This document shows positions 38,358-48,150 of a stretch of 64,000 nucleotides of DNA, piece by piece; within the stretch, counting starts at the first letter, position 1, and each line of letters begins with the position of its first letter. Under the pieces are notes generated by a model. The model saw only the letters and a program-made list of their open reading frames with translations, made no database searches and was not told where the DNA came from. This stretch comes from an uncultured Bacteriovoracaceae bacterium (GTDB lineage Bacteria > Bdellovibrionota > UBA2428). The stretch lies in assembly GCA_964407615.1 (NCBI GenBank), contig CAYOWH010000001.1:85171-149170 (forward strand), given 5' to 3'. The translations under genes were made by a program, and so were the position numbers.

Positions 38358-40159
38358 TAACTAGATTAAATATTTCTAAATCAATTATTTGGCAAGAATC
38401 TTTATTAGAGTATTCTCAGAGATTAAAAACATATTCTCAAAATACAATATCTAATAAAGTAATTTCTGTTTACAGAACTTATTCTCCAGATCGAGATATT
38501 ATATCTTTTTCTTTATATGGAAATCGTTCTAATTTTAACATTGAAAAGATTAATTTTACATTATTAATGTTTCAGGCAGCGATAAATTTTCATAACTTTT
38601 TAAAAATCCAAATACAATCAGAAATAAATCGTTTTATTAATTCTGTATTAAATCAAGATTTAAAGATAAGTAAAGATGTATATTTTTTGAACAAGATACT
38701 TTTACAAACAAAAAGTAAAAGATTAAATCTTGCTACTAAAAGCTTAGTAATTAATGATTTTAGTGATTCAGCTAATCCTGTTAAATTAGTAGATCCTAAA
38801 AATAATAATAGACTTAGAATATATGAATTACTAGATTCAGGAAATCAAACTTTAAATTTAAACAAAACAAACGTATATGAGGTATTAGTAAAAGATATTG
38901 AAATCGAAAAGTTAAATTCTACATTTGGAAATGTTTTAGTAAAATCTAATTTAAGAAATCTTTTAGTTCCAGGAGAACCTTTTAGATATCTAATCCATGT
39001 AAATATGAAAGATGATTATAATCGTTTTAAAAATATTGAATATGCGCTTTTAACTTTAAATTTTAAGTTTAAAAAACCAGAGTTTTTAAACTCTATAAAG
39101 ATTAAGTTAGCTTCTAGTCTTAATGTTTATTTAGCAAAAGATTGTATTAAATATTTTGATGGAGAGAATTGGAATCCAATAAATACTTACAATGAAACAA
39201 TCAATGAGGACATTGAATTATTTTTTGAAACGATTCAAACTAAAGAAATCAAAATTGAATTTAAATTAAATCGATGGTTAGAAGAAAAGACTATTAATGG
39301 AATTTATGGACGAATATATGATTTCTCAATTGATTTGATTAGTTTTCAATATTCTCTGTATAGAGACAAAGGTATTTTTATTTCAAATGATTATCTTAAA
39401 ATAAATGAACTTCAAACTTTAAAAAGTGAAATCAGTTACATTTTTGAAGATCAAGACGTCTTTACTGAATTATATTTAGATACAAAACTTTGGAATAAAT
39501 ATGAAACAAACTCTAATTTAAAACTTTCAAAGAAATTGCCATTCCCAATTAAAAGAATAATCAAAGAAAAGATTTCATTTTCTAATGCTAGAAATGCAAT
39601 CAATGGTGAAGCTAATAATTATAATTATATAAAATTAAAGTTTAATTTATTGTTTCCACCTAAAGAAACAAGTATTCGTATTTTTAAAAATGGAGAGCTC
39701 ATTAATCAAGAATTGAGTAATGCAATATATTTAAGCAATGATGCTAGTAGTAGTTTTTCTCTTTTAAATTCTTTTGAAACAGATCGTCAAAGATCTATTA
39801 ATGGAGAATTGTATAATTACAATGATTTTTACATAGGAATTCCTAAAACTACAAATATTAAATTACATGATCTTTATGTCATTGAATATGAAGTAAAAGA
39901 TTATTTTTCATATGATGAAGTTTTAGAATTCTTTATGAATACAATTAGTATCAAAGACCAAACAGCTCAATACATTGGGTATACAGTTCCCATCTTAGTA
40001 ATGAGAAACATAAGTAAATATAATGATTCTACTTCAGTAATTGATAAAATGTTTTTACATTGTACTGAAAAATCATCTAGAGATGACATGGAAAATTTGA
40101 TAGAAATAGAAGAACAGATAACTAATACTTATAAAGGCGATGGATATGTCATTGTATAA
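38354..40159 (+). CDS. Baseplate/fibre-network protein with jelly-roll (galactose-binding/discoidin-like) module, paralogue 1 (601 aa)
   Basis: Module at about nt 39026-39361: LNSIKIKLASSLNVYLAKDCIKYFDGENWNPI...TKEIKIEFKLNRW...GRIYDFSIDLISFQYSLY. The same pattern recurs in the 998-aa and 696-aa ORFs. Confidence 0.45.
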   Translation: MITRLNISKSIIWQESLLEYSQRLKTYSQNTISNKVISVYRTYSPDRDIISFSLYGNRSNFNIEKINFTLLMFQAAINFHNFLKIQIQSEINRFINSVLNQDLKISKDVYFLNKILLQTKSKRLNLATKSLVINDFSDSANPVKLVDPKNNNRLRIYELLDSGNQTLNLNKTNVYEVLVKDIEIEKLNSTFGNVLVKSNLRNLLVPGEPFRYLIHVNMKDDYNRFKNIEYALLTLNFKFKKPEFLNSIKIKLASSLNVYLAKDCIKYFDGENWNPINTYNETINEDIELFFETIQTKEIKIEFKLNRWLEEKTINGIYGRIYDFSIDLISFQYSLYRDKGIFISNDYLKINELQTLKSEISYIFEDQDVFTELYLDTKLWNKYETNSNLKLSKKLPFPIKRIIKEKISFSNARNAINGEANNYNYIKLKFNLLFPPKETSIRIFKNGELINQELSNAIYLSNDASSSFSLLNSFETDRQRSINGELYNYNDFYIGIPKTTNIKLHDLYVIEYEVKDYFSYDEVLEFFMNTISIKDQTAQYIGYTVPILVMRNISKYNDSTSVIDKMFLHCTEKSSRDDMENLIEIEEQITNTYKGDGYVIV

Positions 40160-43136
40160 TAGTACACTTTCACCTCGTAACTTAAACTTAACAAATTTTT
40201 ACAAAAGATATGTTAATATCGAAGATCCAGTAAATGAAAGTGATTTTGATTTTGTTGAAAGTTTTTACAATGATTACTTGGCAACTTTAAAAGAATCTCA
40301 TGCTGAATATTCATCATTAAATATGATGAATTATGAATCTTTGAATCCTATTTTAATTAGATCCAATCGAATGTTAGAAGAAATTAATTTACTTTCTTCT
40401 TGGATTTATTCAGAGAATCAGAATAACAATTCAATTCTATTGATGTATTTTAATAAACAAGAATTAATGCATAAACAGATTGTAAATTTAATAAAAAGAA
40501 TTCAACAAAAGCTTTATACTTTAGAACAAAGCGGAAATAATTATAGATTTACTTTTGTGGAAACTTTTTTAACATTAGACAATGTTTTCAATCTAACTAA
40601 TAAACAATCGTTGAATGTTGATACTTATTCTGAATTAGCTACTTTACCTATTGCCTCTTCAACTTCTTTAAAGATAAAAGATATTGCTATTGGTTCTTCT
40701 AGCAATGGTTTAAGCGGAGAAATTAATTCATTAAAAAATGCGCTTTTAGATAATTTAATTGATGGAAGTGTGTCTACTGGTTTCTCTTACTTTAAAACAG
40801 AAACTGGACCACTTATTTTAAATTTAATATTTAGTTTATCTGAAGAATCTATAGTTAATGAAATCAGAATTATGCCATTTGAAATATTAGGCAGTGCTGA
40901 TTTCTATATAAAAGATATTTTGTTTTTATCAGATTTAATTCAAATCTCCAATCCTGGAACTTCCATTAAAAAATTATTAAATGAAAAACAGCAATCTTTT
41001 AAAATTAAAACTAACACTAGTGAATCTCAAAATATTATAAAGTTTCTACCAGTTAAATGTTCAAAGATAAGTATATTTTTTGAACAAAAAAATTATTTCA
41101 AATCATCTACATCTAGTTTAAAAGTTTATAATATAGGTATTAAAGATATTGGATTTTACAAAACAAAGTACATAGAGAAAGGTACTGTAGAATCCACTGT
41201 TATTTCTAATGTAGAAAACTTCAATTCTGTTGAAAGTTGGATTGATATTTATCCTAGATCTAAAAGCCTTTACAATTATACTTTAAAATATACTGAAGAT
41301 AATGGTGGCCAATACAAGCAGTTTGATTTTGAAAAGAATTTACATAAATCAACTTTGAGTTTCTTAGATTTTAATGCAAAAGATTTTAAATATGAATTTG
41401 AATTAAGTAGAAATGAAGAAGGTTTCTTAACAGCTGATAATTATGAAGAAAATATTAGTTTGTTTAATATTTTCTGTTTCTCAAGAAGAATCAATTCAGG
41501 TTCAAGCCCAGCTTATATAGACTTTAAAAATGTTTATATAGAAGATACTTTAAAGGTTGCTGAAACAAAAATTGCAAATATAACTAGCGATAATGGTAAA
41601 AGTTTAAAACTTGGTTTAATACTACCTGGTAGTAATGTAATAGATTTAATTTTTGATTTAAGATTCTCTTTGAGAGATTTTAAAATTTTAATTTCTGATC
41701 TATTGATTTATTGCGATAATATACTCTGGGAAAGAGTTAATACTTTAGAAGAATTAGAATACAGCAAATATTATCTTTATCCAGATCAGCAAAGAATACA
41801 TATTAAGTACACTAATGATCCTGGTTTTAAAAAGTTTAATTTTAGAATTAGACCTAAAAATTTAATTCTAAAAAAGATTAATAATGGTTTCTTTTGTGAA
41901 TTAAATAGTGCTTTTGATTATGATAAAAACAATATAAGAATATATCAATATACAAATAGTACTCAAGAAATTGACATATTTCCACCTGGTGATTTAGATG
42001 GCTATTATAGTTTATCAAAACAAAATATTACAGATGTAACTTTTCAATTGTTGACTTCTCAAGATGGTTCAACTTTTGATTTAGTTCCAAATAGAGATAA
42101 TTTTCTACTAGATGCTGAAACTGGATCAATGCAAATTTTCTCTGAAGAGTTAAGGAATTCTTTTTTACAATGTAAGTATTATTTTAAAGATAAAATTGAA
42201 ATTGAAAAAGATGCTTTTGAAATTTATTTTAAAGAGAAAGATGCACTAGGTTTTTTCTTTTCAGATTCTCAAATAAATTTATTTAGAGAAGTTGATGTAG
42301 AAACTTTTTATGATTCTAGATTTGTTAGATTATGTAGATTCCAAAAGAATAACTACATTAGAGGAAGTGTTAGCATAGATAGTTTATTTGGGAACCATTA
42401 CTCAGATACTGATCCAGATATTGTTTACTTTGCAAAGAATCCAAAAGAAGTAGATTACATTAATGGTTATTTAGAATTTCAATCTTTAGATCATTTGAAT
42501 GAAAAATTAAATGATGAATATTTTGATGAGAATGATTTATTTGAAGAAGATTATTATAAATTTATATTTAGAATTTCTAGAATTCCTTTTGATGATCAAG
42601 TTTATAATGTAGATGCTTTAGATTCTAGAGGTAACTTAATTACCAATTTAAAACGCACTGAAAATTTAACATTACAAAATATAAACCAAACAATCGATCC
42701 TTCAATAAGTAAAGGATATTACAATCCTGAATCGTTACTATGTGTAATTTTAGTAGATAAAAGAATATATTCTAATCACAGTAATAATTTTACATGTAGG
42801 TATTCTTCTCAAAAGAATACTGAGCAGCAATTTTTTAAATATTCAATTGATTATGAAAAATGTATTCTGTATACAAACAAACCTTTAAATAGTAATTTAA
42901 AAATAAAAGCATTAGTGTCTGATCTATATGCTGAATATTCTTTGATTAAGTATTTGAAGAAATGGGAGTATGATGTCGCTGACAATAATATTATTATTCA
43001 AGATTTAGATGAGATTAGTAATGAAGAGAAGTCTGTTAAAATCTTTTATAATCAAAATAAAGATGGTATAAACATAGAAGCGCTAAAAGAATATTTTAGT
43101 CCACTTCTATATTCTATTAATCTAGGGTTTAATTAA
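40140..43136 (+). CDS. Baseplate/fibre-network protein with jelly-roll-like module, paralogue 2 (998 aa)
   Basis: Module at about nt 40752-41171: NLIDGSVSTGFSYF...VNEIRIMPFEILGSADFYIKDILFLSD...KCSKISIFFEQKNYF...YNIGIKDIGFYKTKY. The start may instead be ATG 40146. Confidence 0.45.
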   Translation: MDMSLYNSTLSPRNLNLTNFYKRYVNIEDPVNESDFDFVESFYNDYLATLKESHAEYSSLNMMNYESLNPILIRSNRMLEEINLLSSWIYSENQNNNSILLMYFNKQELMHKQIVNLIKRIQQKLYTLEQSGNNYRFTFVETFLTLDNVFNLTNKQSLNVDTYSELATLPIASSTSLKIKDIAIGSSSNGLSGEINSLKNALLDNLIDGSVSTGFSYFKTETGPLILNLIFSLSEESIVNEIRIMPFEILGSADFYIKDILFLSDLIQISNPGTSIKKLLNEKQQSFKIKTNTSESQNIIKFLPVKCSKISIFFEQKNYFKSSTSSLKVYNIGIKDIGFYKTKYIEKGTVESTVISNVENFNSVESWIDIYPRSKSLYNYTLKYTEDNGGQYKQFDFEKNLHKSTLSFLDFNAKDFKYEFELSRNEEGFLTADNYEENISLFNIFCFSRRINSGSSPAYIDFKNVYIEDTLKVAETKIANITSDNGKSLKLGLILPGSNVIDLIFDLRFSLRDFKILISDLLIYCDNILWERVNTLEELEYSKYYLYPDQQRIHIKYTNDPGFKKFNFRIRPKNLILKKINNGFFCELNSAFDYDKNNIRIYQYTNSTQEIDIFPPGDLDGYYSLSKQNITDVTFQLLTSQDGSTFDLVPNRDNFLLDAETGSMQIFSEELRNSFLQCKYYFKDKIEIEKDAFEIYFKEKDALGFFFSDSQINLFREVDVETFYDSRFVRLCRFQKNNYIRGSVSIDSLFGNHYSDTDPDIVYFAKNPKEVDYINGYLEFQSLDHLNEKLNDEYFDENDLFEEDYYKFIFRISRIPFDDQVYNVDALDSRGNLITNLKRTENLTLQNINQTIDPSISKGYYNPESLLCVILVDKRIYSNHSNNFTCRYSSQKNTEQQFFKYSIDYEKCILYTNKPLNSNLKIKALVSDLYAEYSLIKYLKKWEYDVADNNIIIQDLDEISNEEKSVKIFYNQNKDGINIEALKEYFSPLLYSINLGFN

Positions 43137-45227
43137 ATGCAAAATCAAAGTTTCTTTCAAACTGCAAAAGAATATGAAATTAAAAAGTTTCTATCTGAAA
43201 ATAAACGATTGCCAACTCAAGAATATTTAAATGAAAAGATTTTTAACTTTAAAAATCAAACTAACAAGAAGCTATTTGTAGATGGATTAAACGTTTATTT
43301 TGATTCTGAATTTGCTAGATTCCAGAATACAAATGAAGAAGTTTCTTCTTCTAATTTTAACACTATGTTGCATTTTGTAACTAAAGATTTAGAAGTTTTA
43401 AGAAACGAATATTTAAGTTTAATAAGTAGCGTAGAAAATTATTTTAAAACAATTACAATGTCTCAAGACCGACATTATAAAAATTTAAAACTTTTAGAAT
43501 TAGAAATCAATAAAGAACTTTTACTAAGTAATAAAAGTGATGCATTTACTTATGGCGTTGTTGAAAACTTCGACAATCACAATAACAATGTAGATTTTAG
43601 TAAATCTAGCATTTCTATTTTAGAAGACGGCAGAGTTACTTTAGGTTTATTAGAAGTTGAAAGTACAAGCTTTCAAAATGTAAATATAGACTATTTCTCT
43701 AGTAGTAGAACTGATGACATAGTAGATAGAAGAGATTTGTTTAACGTACGCAATATATTAAGTGAAGACGGAGCTTTTTTTGAACACATTGCTTACACCA
43801 GTAAGCAAGATAGCATTGTTGATTTTGCAATACATATCGCTTTAGATGGAAGTAGTAATACTAGAATTGATAAATTAAAAGTTGTTTGTAGATCAAATAG
43901 CGGATCTTCAAAAACAAACATAAATGTTTATTATTCTTTAGATAATTCTACTTTTATAAAATTAGATTATGATTCAGATTTAGAACCTAAAAACGGTTCT
44001 AATTTCTTTGATATATATCAAGATTCTGTACGTGCAATTAAAATTGTTTTTACAAAAAGAGGCTATGATTATAAACGAGATAGAATTTATGGTTATGCAT
44101 TTGGAATTGATTTCATAGGTATTACTAGCGCAAAGTATACTGTTGATAATGAATCTATACTTTACACTAAAGCATATGAAGTTTTTGATGAAAATAATCA
44201 ACCATATAACTTTACATTTGCTACTTTAAAACATGGAACTTGTTGTATTATACCTACTCAAACTTCTGTAAATTTTTATTTATCAAAAGATAATGTAAAT
44301 TGGAAATATTGCAATATTGACAATGCTGGTATGGAATATGTGCAATTTGAAAAGTCAAATGACATAGTGCACGAATTAGTTATAGATGATTCTACAACTC
44401 CATATTTAATTACAAATAAGTATGTTTCTGTTTCTAACCCAAATGTAAATTATTTAAACAATATCAAAACAAATCTAGGAATAGAACTTCAAGATGATGA
44501 AGCACTTTTGAATTATTATTTTTCTAGCACAAACAATAATGATAAAAAAATAATTGAGTCTTCTATTCAATTGTTTAGAGACGTATCTGATATTAATGAT
44601 GCTGAATCTGGTTGGCGTATAGTAAACAATAGAGCAGTTACTAACTTTGTTGTAGATGATTTAGATGGTATCTACATTGATGTTGGTGCGCATCCTTTAA
44701 GCGTAAATGGAAGAGAACTTTCTGGTGAAATTTATTTACCTAAAGGTGTGCATAAAATAATTAGCAATCAATCTCTTAATCTTATTATAGCTAAATTTAT
44801 TTATTTAAATAAAAGTACTTTAAATAATAGTTCTAACTTTAAAAATTTAGATAAAGAATTTTATCCATACAATCATAGGTATTTAATAAAAGGTTATCCT
44901 TACAAGAATGGTTTCTCTGGAGAAAAGCCATATATAAAGAAAGGTAATTCTTTTAAATATAAATGTAATTACACTATAACTGAAAATTTTAGATTTGAAG
45001 AAAGTTCTAATTATGAAATCTTCACTTTAATAAAGAATGCTTATGGAACTTTTATTAAAGTAAAAAAGAATGCAAATGATTTAACAAAAGAACTTTTTAA
45101 TTTAGAATATAAAAGCAAAAGCTACAATGAAACTCCTGAAAATAAATTGTATTTAAAGGCTGTTTTAAAAAGCTCAAATAAATTCATAACACCTAAAATA
45201 GATACAGTACAAATGAGGGTTATCTAA
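43137..45227 (+). CDS. Baseplate/fibre-network protein with jelly-roll-like module, paralogue 3 (696 aa)
   Basis: Module at about nt 43749-44138: ILSEDGAFFEHIAY...IDKLKVVCRSNSGSSKTNINVYYSLDNSTFIKL...VRAIKIVFTKRGYDY...YAFGIDFIGITSAKY. Confidence 0.45.
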   Translation: MQNQSFFQTAKEYEIKKFLSENKRLPTQEYLNEKIFNFKNQTNKKLFVDGLNVYFDSEFARFQNTNEEVSSSNFNTMLHFVTKDLEVLRNEYLSLISSVENYFKTITMSQDRHYKNLKLLELEINKELLLSNKSDAFTYGVVENFDNHNNNVDFSKSSISILEDGRVTLGLLEVESTSFQNVNIDYFSSSRTDDIVDRRDLFNVRNILSEDGAFFEHIAYTSKQDSIVDFAIHIALDGSSNTRIDKLKVVCRSNSGSSKTNINVYYSLDNSTFIKLDYDSDLEPKNGSNFFDIYQDSVRAIKIVFTKRGYDYKRDRIYGYAFGIDFIGITSAKYTVDNESILYTKAYEVFDENNQPYNFTFATLKHGTCCIIPTQTSVNFYLSKDNVNWKYCNIDNAGMEYVQFEKSNDIVHELVIDDSTTPYLITNKYVSVSNPNVNYLNNIKTNLGIELQDDEALLNYYFSSTNNNDKKIIESSIQLFRDVSDINDAESGWRIVNNRAVTNFVVDDLDGIYIDVGAHPLSVNGRELSGEIYLPKGVHKIISNQSLNLIIAKFIYLNKSTLNNSSNFKNLDKEFYPYNHRYLIKGYPYKNGFSGEKPYIKKGNSFKYKCNYTITENFRFEESSNYEIFTLIKNAYGTFIKVKKNANDLTKELFNLEYKSKSYNETPENKLYLKAVLKSSNKFITPKIDTVQMRVI

Positions 45228-47759
45228 ATGGCTTATATCTCACAATTAAATAATAAAATCTTCTCATACGCTTCTGGTAATATTAATATTGATAGTAAGA
45301 ACGCTTTGTCAGTAAATATTGCTAAAACAAAAAGCGATATTAGCTCTATTACTAATTATGTTAATGAAGTGCTTTATCCTTTGTTTTTAGGATTACCAAG
45401 CGGACCAATTTATATGGATCCTATACAATATGGTTTATCAGGAGCTTCTTTATTGAGTTATTCTATTGCTGCTGGGAATAATAGTAATCAAACAGGATTA
45501 TATTGGTCAACAGCTAACAATGGTAGACCTACTACAATAAAAGAATCTTTTGATTTTATTTTAAATAAAGTAACTGCATTGGAAACCGCTGCTGCAATAG
45601 ATCAAATAGAAGATACTAGTATTCAAGATCAGATTGATTTACTTTCAAAAAGAATCTATCAAATATTTTATGAAACTTATGGTAGTGAAAAATTAAATCA
45701 TCATTTAGCAACTACTGATGAAGATGCTTTAGTACCAACGTTTACTGCATCTTCATTATTGTATCAAGTATATAGTCAACTCATTACTGGTCAAAATTCT
45801 GGAAATTTATCAATATTAGATAACTCGTCTCATGTTGGATTTAATTTAAAAATTAACAAAGCTGCAATTGAATTAGAATTAAACGATTTATTAGATGTAA
45901 CAATTGATACGCCTTTAAATCATGAATCTTTAGTATTTAATGGTTCAGAATTTGTTAATAAAGTAATTTCTTTGGCTGATGATACTACTGGAAATTATAT
46001 TGAATCTATTACTGTAGCAAGTGAATTAGTTAAACAAATTACAAACGATGCAATTCATAATAAAACCATAAGCATTGGTTTAGCTGAATCTGGAGTTACT
46101 GCTGGTAGTTATACAAAAGTAGCTGTTGATAAATTTGGTAGAGTAACTGATTCGGTAGAAGCAACCACTTTACTTGATTATGGTATTACTGATGCAATTA
46201 ATAGTTCAGAAAAAGGTCAACCAGATGGGATTGTCCCTTTAAATTCTTCAGGATTAATAGACACCAGCTATCTTCCTTCTTATGTAGATGATGTTTTAGA
46301 ATATACTGATCTTGCAAGTTTTCCTGCAAGTGGATCTGTTGGTAAAATCTATGTAGATTTAGCTACTAACAAAATATATCGTTGGTCAGGCACTACATAT
46401 ATTGAAATATCTCCAGGTTCTCCTAATGCAGTAGTTGGAATAACTGCGATTACTCCTGTTGTTATCGGTGGTACTTCTACAAATCCTCAAATATCAGTAC
46501 AAGCTGCATATGCAAATAGTCCAAATTATTTAGTTTTAAGAAATGCAAGTGGTGATATTGTTTGCTCTAATATGACTTGTAATGAAGTAAATGGAAATGC
46601 AGCTACTGCTACTAAACTTAAATTTGCTAGAAATATTGCTTTAACTGGTGCTGTATCTGGTACTGTTGCTTTTGATGGTAGTCAGAATGTATCAATTACA
46701 ACTTCTGCTTCTGGGTTAGTAAGTACTGATGCTGTAGATCAAACTGTTTTAGGTTTAAAAACTTTTAGTAATGGTATAGAAACAGACTATCTTAAATTAG
46801 GTATCAGCCCAAATGAAACTGGTATTGAATCTAAAAATAGTAACTTGATTTTAAAATCAAGTGCAGGTTTAATCATTTTAATGAATGACACTCAAATTTC
46901 TGGTAATTCTACAGTTTATGGTGGTAGTTTTAATGTTGCAAACTCAGGTACTGGAATTACTAGAGGTTTATATTTAAATTCAGGAATGGCTTTAACTAAT
47001 CCTTCTTTAGATATCACTGCAATAGAAGTTAATAGAGGTACTTCTACTGCAAGTAAAATGATTTGGAATGAACAATTAGATCAATGGCAATTTACACACC
47101 CACTATATGCAAATTTAAGTGGAAATGCTGCTACTGCAACTAAGATTGCATCGCCAGTAAATATTCAATTAACTGGAGAAGCAAGTGGTACTGCATCTTT
47201 CGATGGTAGTCAAAATATTGAAATTAGTACTACAATTAAGAATAAATTAGTGTTTTCTCAAAGAGCTGAACATACTATTTATGTAGGTAGTAAAGATGCG
47301 GGAACGGATCACTTAACTGGAAATGATTCACCTTATAAAGAAGGTATTTTAGAAATTAATAATTTAGATCAAATTTCTTTGCAACCAACTTTACTTTGGA
47401 GAAATAATACTGGTTTTGATATTAAAATTACTTATATAGATTTAACTATGTGTGAAGGTGGTTCTAAAGGTGCTACAATAAATGATTATTCTTTCTTGTT
47501 AGTAAAGTGTAGCTCTAGTTTTACTCAAAATGACCAAGGATTAGGATCTGTTTGGGTTCCTTTATTAGGTGGTTCAACTATTCAATTTGACACTAGATTT
47601 GCTCCATTTCCAAAACATTTACCTTTAAATGTTGGAGTTTCAATTACTAATACTAGTGCTATTGTACCTTCTGGAGCATGGTTTGGTATAATTTGCGTTG
47701 ATCAACCAGAATATCCTGGTTCTGGTTTGATAGGGAATATAACTGCAGTTATAGTTTAA
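45228..47759 (+). CDS. Tail fibre protein (843 aa)
   Basis: Contains SGVTAGSYTKVAVDKFGRVTDS, KGQPDGIVPLNSSGLIDTSYLPSYV and LPASGSVGKIYVDLATNKIYRWSGTTYIEI. These are widely conserved tail-fibre motifs. It also has two NAATATK...FDGSQN repeats. Confidence 0.8.
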   Translation: MAYISQLNNKIFSYASGNINIDSKNALSVNIAKTKSDISSITNYVNEVLYPLFLGLPSGPIYMDPIQYGLSGASLLSYSIAAGNNSNQTGLYWSTANNGRPTTIKESFDFILNKVTALETAAAIDQIEDTSIQDQIDLLSKRIYQIFYETYGSEKLNHHLATTDEDALVPTFTASSLLYQVYSQLITGQNSGNLSILDNSSHVGFNLKINKAAIELELNDLLDVTIDTPLNHESLVFNGSEFVNKVISLADDTTGNYIESITVASELVKQITNDAIHNKTISIGLAESGVTAGSYTKVAVDKFGRVTDSVEATTLLDYGITDAINSSEKGQPDGIVPLNSSGLIDTSYLPSYVDDVLEYTDLASFPASGSVGKIYVDLATNKIYRWSGTTYIEISPGSPNAVVGITAITPVVIGGTSTNPQISVQAAYANSPNYLVLRNASGDIVCSNMTCNEVNGNAATATKLKFARNIALTGAVSGTVAFDGSQNVSITTSASGLVSTDAVDQTVLGLKTFSNGIETDYLKLGISPNETGIESKNSNLILKSSAGLIILMNDTQISGNSTVYGGSFNVANSGTGITRGLYLNSGMALTNPSLDITAIEVNRGTSTASKMIWNEQLDQWQFTHPLYANLSGNAATATKIASPVNIQLTGEASGTASFDGSQNIEISTTIKNKLVFSQRAEHTIYVGSKDAGTDHLTGNDSPYKEGILEINNLDQISLQPTLLWRNNTGFDIKITYIDLTMCEGGSKGATINDYSFLLVKCSSSFTQNDQGLGSVWVPLLGGSTIQFDTRFAPFPKHLPLNVGVSITNTSAIVPSGAWFGIICVDQPEYPGSGLIGNITAVIV
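46593..46706 (+). repeat. Tail-fibre repeat unit 1 (GNAATATKLKFARNIALTGAVSGTVAFDGSQNVSITTS)
   Basis: 38-aa unit, 24/38 identical by my count to the unit at 47121-47234. Matches the common phage fibre repeat (ATKL...G..SG...FDGS.N..I). Confidence 0.8.
47121..47234 (+). repeat. Tail-fibre repeat unit 2 (GNAATATKIASPVNIQLTGEASGTASFDGSQNIEISTT)
   Basis: Second copy of the 38-aa unit, 528 nt downstream of the first. Confidence 0.8.
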
Positions 47760-47775
47760 TTTTAGTAACTCTGCA

Positions 47776-47784
47776 TGGTATAAA
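47776..47784 (+). promoter_or_regulatory. Extended -10 promoter element (TGgTATAAA) for the small coiled-coil cassette
   Basis: Lies in the 57-nt gap after the fibre stop (47759). TG at 47776-77, TATAAA at 47779-84, then GGAGG at 47807-11 and ATG at 47817. Confidence 0.35.
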
Positions 47785-47816
47785 ATTTATATGCTTTACT
47801 TTTCTTGGAGGCTGCC

Positions 47817-48140
47817 ATGTCAGATAATCAAAAATATACAGATCCTACTCAAGTATTATTGGACTATAGAGTTGGACAATTAGAGAATAAAATAGATGCG
47901 CAAACAACAGATATTAAGACGTTGTTAACATCAATGCACAAAGATATACAAGCTATTAATAATAGAGGTGTAAATCTTGAAGCTAGAATTAAACATTTAG
48001 AAGATGATGTTTCTGAATTGCAGAAAACAGAATCTGAGCAAAATGAAAAAATAAATGATTTAAAAGTAAGTATTGCAGAGAAGTTTGCATTTACTTCTAT
48101 TGGCGGTATTATTGGTGGTATCGTAACAAAACTATTTTAA
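47817..48140 (+). CDS. Small coiled-coil protein with C-terminal transmembrane anchor (107 aa from ATG 47817)
   Basis: The track ORF starts at TTG 47805. ATG 47817 has GGAGG 5 nt upstream. Heptad-rich body, and a C-terminal FAFTSIGGIIGGIVTKLF helix at the very end. A holin/spanin-like or fibre-assembly role is a guess. Confidence 0.6.
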   Translation: MSDNQKYTDPTQVLLDYRVGQLENKIDAQTTDIKTLLTSMHKDIQAINNRGVNLEARIKHLEDDVSELQKTESEQNEKINDLKVSIAEKFAFTSIGGIIGGIVTKLF

Positions 48141-48150
48141 GGAAAATAAT

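Noticed and set aside
47805-47816. Non-ATG starts used by the ORF track: TTG 47805, TTG 61543, TTG 59826 and GTG 57423
   Set aside because: For 47805, 61543 and 59826, a downstream ATG has a better context (GGAGG spacing, ATGA coupling, or being the first ATG). I kept TTG only for 12635, which has a good SD. I kept 57423 as an unresolved alternative.
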